Positions 43,790 through 48,385 of a stretch of 48,385 nt of DNA are shown here, piece by piece. Within the stretch, counting starts at the first letter, position 1. Each line of letters opens with the position of its first letter. Source of the stretch: Solirubrobacterales bacterium (GTDB lineage: Bacteria; Actinomycetota; Thermoleophilia; Solirubrobacterales; 70-9); the NCBI GenBank assembly GCA_018883025.1, contig VEQW01000001.1, positions 1 to 48,385 of the forward strand. The letters are read 5' to 3'. A program made the position numbers and the translations under genes. The notes beneath the pieces are model-generated. The model was not told where the DNA came from. It did not search any database and was given only the letters and a program-made list of their open reading frames with translations.

Positions 43790-44525
43790 CGGAGCGGACC
43801 TCGACGATCGAGTTCTTCGGGCCCGGGACCGAGCCCTTGACCATGAGGAGGTTGCGATCGGGATCTATCTCGGCGATCTCGAGCCCGGACTGGGTCGCCC
43901 TCCGGCCCCCCATCCGGCCCGGCAGCCTCATGCCCTTGAAGACCCTCGCCGGCCAGGCGCTGGCGCCGATCGAGCCGGGGGCGCGAACGTTGTGGGATCC
44001 GTGGGTCACCGGTCCCCGGCCGAAGTTGTGACGCTTGACCGTCCCCTGGAAGCCCTTGCCGATCGTGATCCCCGAGACCTTGACCTTCTCGCCCTTCTCG
44101 AAGGTCGCGACCGTAACCTCATGACCGAGTTTCAGACCACCGTCGGCCCCGGTCTCGGCTGCGTCGGTCGCCTCCCCGGTCCCCTCGGTCTCCCCGGCCT
44201 CTTCGCCCCCGTCCTCGGCCTGCTCGTCCTCACCCTCGTTGCCTTCGGTGACCAGCGGGATCTCTGCGTCGCGGAACTCGACCACGACCCTCATCGGCTG
44301 TGCGTCGGCCTTTGCCAGGTGGCCCAACTCGCCCTTGGAAAGCTTCGACTCGGGCACCTCGTCGAAGGCGAGCTGGACGGCGGAGTAGCCGTCCCGCTCG
44401 GGCTTCCGGATCGCGGTAACGGGACAGGGCCCGGCCTCGATCACGGTGACCGGCACGACCTCGCCGTCCTCGCGGAAGAGCTGGGTCATGCCGAGTTTCT
44501 TGCCGAGGATTGCCGACATCGTCAT
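43782..44525 (-). CDS. rplC: 50S ribosomal protein L3 (with an acidic internal insertion)
   Basis: ...ILGKKLGMTQLFREDGEVVPVTVIEAGPC...GKGFQGTVKRHNFGRGPVTHGSHNVRAPGSIGA... Confidence 0.95.
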   Translation of the reverse strand: MTMSAILGKKLGMTQLFREDGEVVPVTVIEAGPCPVTAIRKPERDGYSAVQLAFDEVPESKLSKGELGHLAKADAQPMRVVVEFRDAEIPLVTEGNEGEDEQAEDGGEEAGETEGTGEATDAAETGADGGLKLGHEVTVATFEKGEKVKVSGITIGKGFQGTVKRHNFGRGPVTHGSHNVRAPGSIGASAWPARVFKGMRLPGRMGGRRATQSGLEIAEIDPDRNLLMVKGSVPGPKNSIVEVRSDG

Positions 44526-44527
44526 CC

Positions 44528-44848
44528 CTAGAGCCTGATCTCGATGTCGACGCCGGCCGGAAGCGAATCGAGCCGCTGGAGGGAGTCGACCGTCTTCGGG
44601 GTCGGCTGGTTGATGTCGATCAGGCGCTTGTGGGTCCTGATCTCGAAGTGCTCACGCGAATCCTTGTCCGTGAACGGGGAACGGATCACGCAGTAGACGT
44701 TCCGCTCGGTCGGCAGCGGTACCGGCCCGGAGACGGTTGCCCCGGTTCGCTCTGCCGTATCCACGATCTCGCTGGCGGCGCGATCTATCGCGTCGTGGTC
44801 GTAGGCCTTGAGCCTGATTCGAATTTTCTGTGCCGCGATCGCAGCCAC
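44528..44848 (-). CDS. rpsJ: 30S ribosomal protein S10
   Basis: (GTG)[47 protein letters not shown]...[12 protein letters not shown]. Confidence 0.95.
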   Translation of the reverse strand: MAAIAAQKIRIRLKAYDHDAIDRAASEIVDTAERTGATVSGPVPLPTERNVYCVIRSPFTDKDSREHFEIRTHKRLIDINQPTPKTVDSLQRLDSLPAGVDIEIRL

Positions 44849-45038
44849 TGGAATCGGTCTTTTCCGTCCTTCTTCGGGTCAATCTGAGGGCGCCGACGGG
44901 CAACTTGCCTGACGCGCCGTTGTCAAGGTCCCCTGCCGCCTTCGCCTTTCCCGTAAACCGGGCCGGGCGTGGTTCAGCCGTCCTGGGGCAAAACTGGTCG
45001 TATCGGATACTTCTTGCTTCTTCCCCGCCCGAGGGCGG

Positions 45039-45068
45039 AAAAAAGGGCGGCCCTTCGAGGAGCCGCCC
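45039..45068 (-). terminator. Rho-independent terminator downstream of tuf
   Basis: Minus-strand sequence GGGCGGC-tcctcgaagg-GCCGCCC followed by TTTTTT. That is a 7-bp perfect GC stem, a 10-nt loop and a U-tract, beginning 16 nt after the tuf stop. Confidence 0.75.
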
Positions 45069-45083
45069 TTCGAACCGGGGTCG

Positions 45084-46268
<1,185 letters not shown>

Positions 46269-46365
46269 CGCTTGACTTCAACCTTTCTCTCGTTACGTCT
46301 CTTCTTCTCTGGCTAATGGGCAACCCGGGAAATATAGCCATTCCCGGCCTTCGCGGGGCTCAGGG

Positions 46366-48385
<2,020 letters not shown>

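Overview
Visibly GC-rich bacterial chromosomal segment. Third codon positions are mostly G/C, GTG/TTG starts are frequent, and there are many long spurious antisense ORFs. It looks like an Actinomycetota-type genome, but this lineage call is a low-confidence inference. The right ~40% (28.6-48.4 kb, all minus strand) is the conserved translation supercluster: fusA(partial)-tuf | rpsJ-rplCDWB-rpsS-rplV-rpsC-rplP-rpmC-rpsQ-rplNXE-rpsZ-rpsH-rplFR-rpsE-rpmD-rplO-secY-adk-map | rpmJ-rpsM-rpsK-rpoA-rplQ-truA. It is followed by surE and ligA. Oddities in this cluster: no infA and no rpsD at their usual positions, a TTG-initiated L36, and large charged low-complexity extensions or insertions on S17, L5, S5 and L3. 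The left ~60% is accessory or metabolic. The most interesting part is 5.9-19.1 kb. It holds a Che-like operon (REC-class III nucleotide cyclase, MCP, CheW, CheA-REC hybrid) with no CheY/CheR/CheB or motility genes. Directly next to it are two lipid enzymes that each carry an intact CAP-type cyclic-nucleotide-binding domain: an NTE-like patatin phospholipase and a WS/DGAT acyltransferase. The WS/DGAT gene appears co-transcribed with a sulfotransferase and faces a sulfotransferase-MFS-methyltransferase operon that ends at tRNA-Pro(CGG). I read this as a candidate chemosensory -> cNMP -> lipid synthesis/lipolysis (possibly sulfated-lipid) module. That reading is a hypothesis from domain content and gene adjacency only. 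Other genes: secreted beta-helix and cupredoxin-like proteins, GMC oxidoreductase, thioredoxin-fold lipoprotein, Fe/Mn SOD, a cysteine-free DsbA-like protein, NIF3, acyl-CoA ligase, a second patatin and PBP4. No CRISPR array, rRNA, transposase or integrase was recognised.
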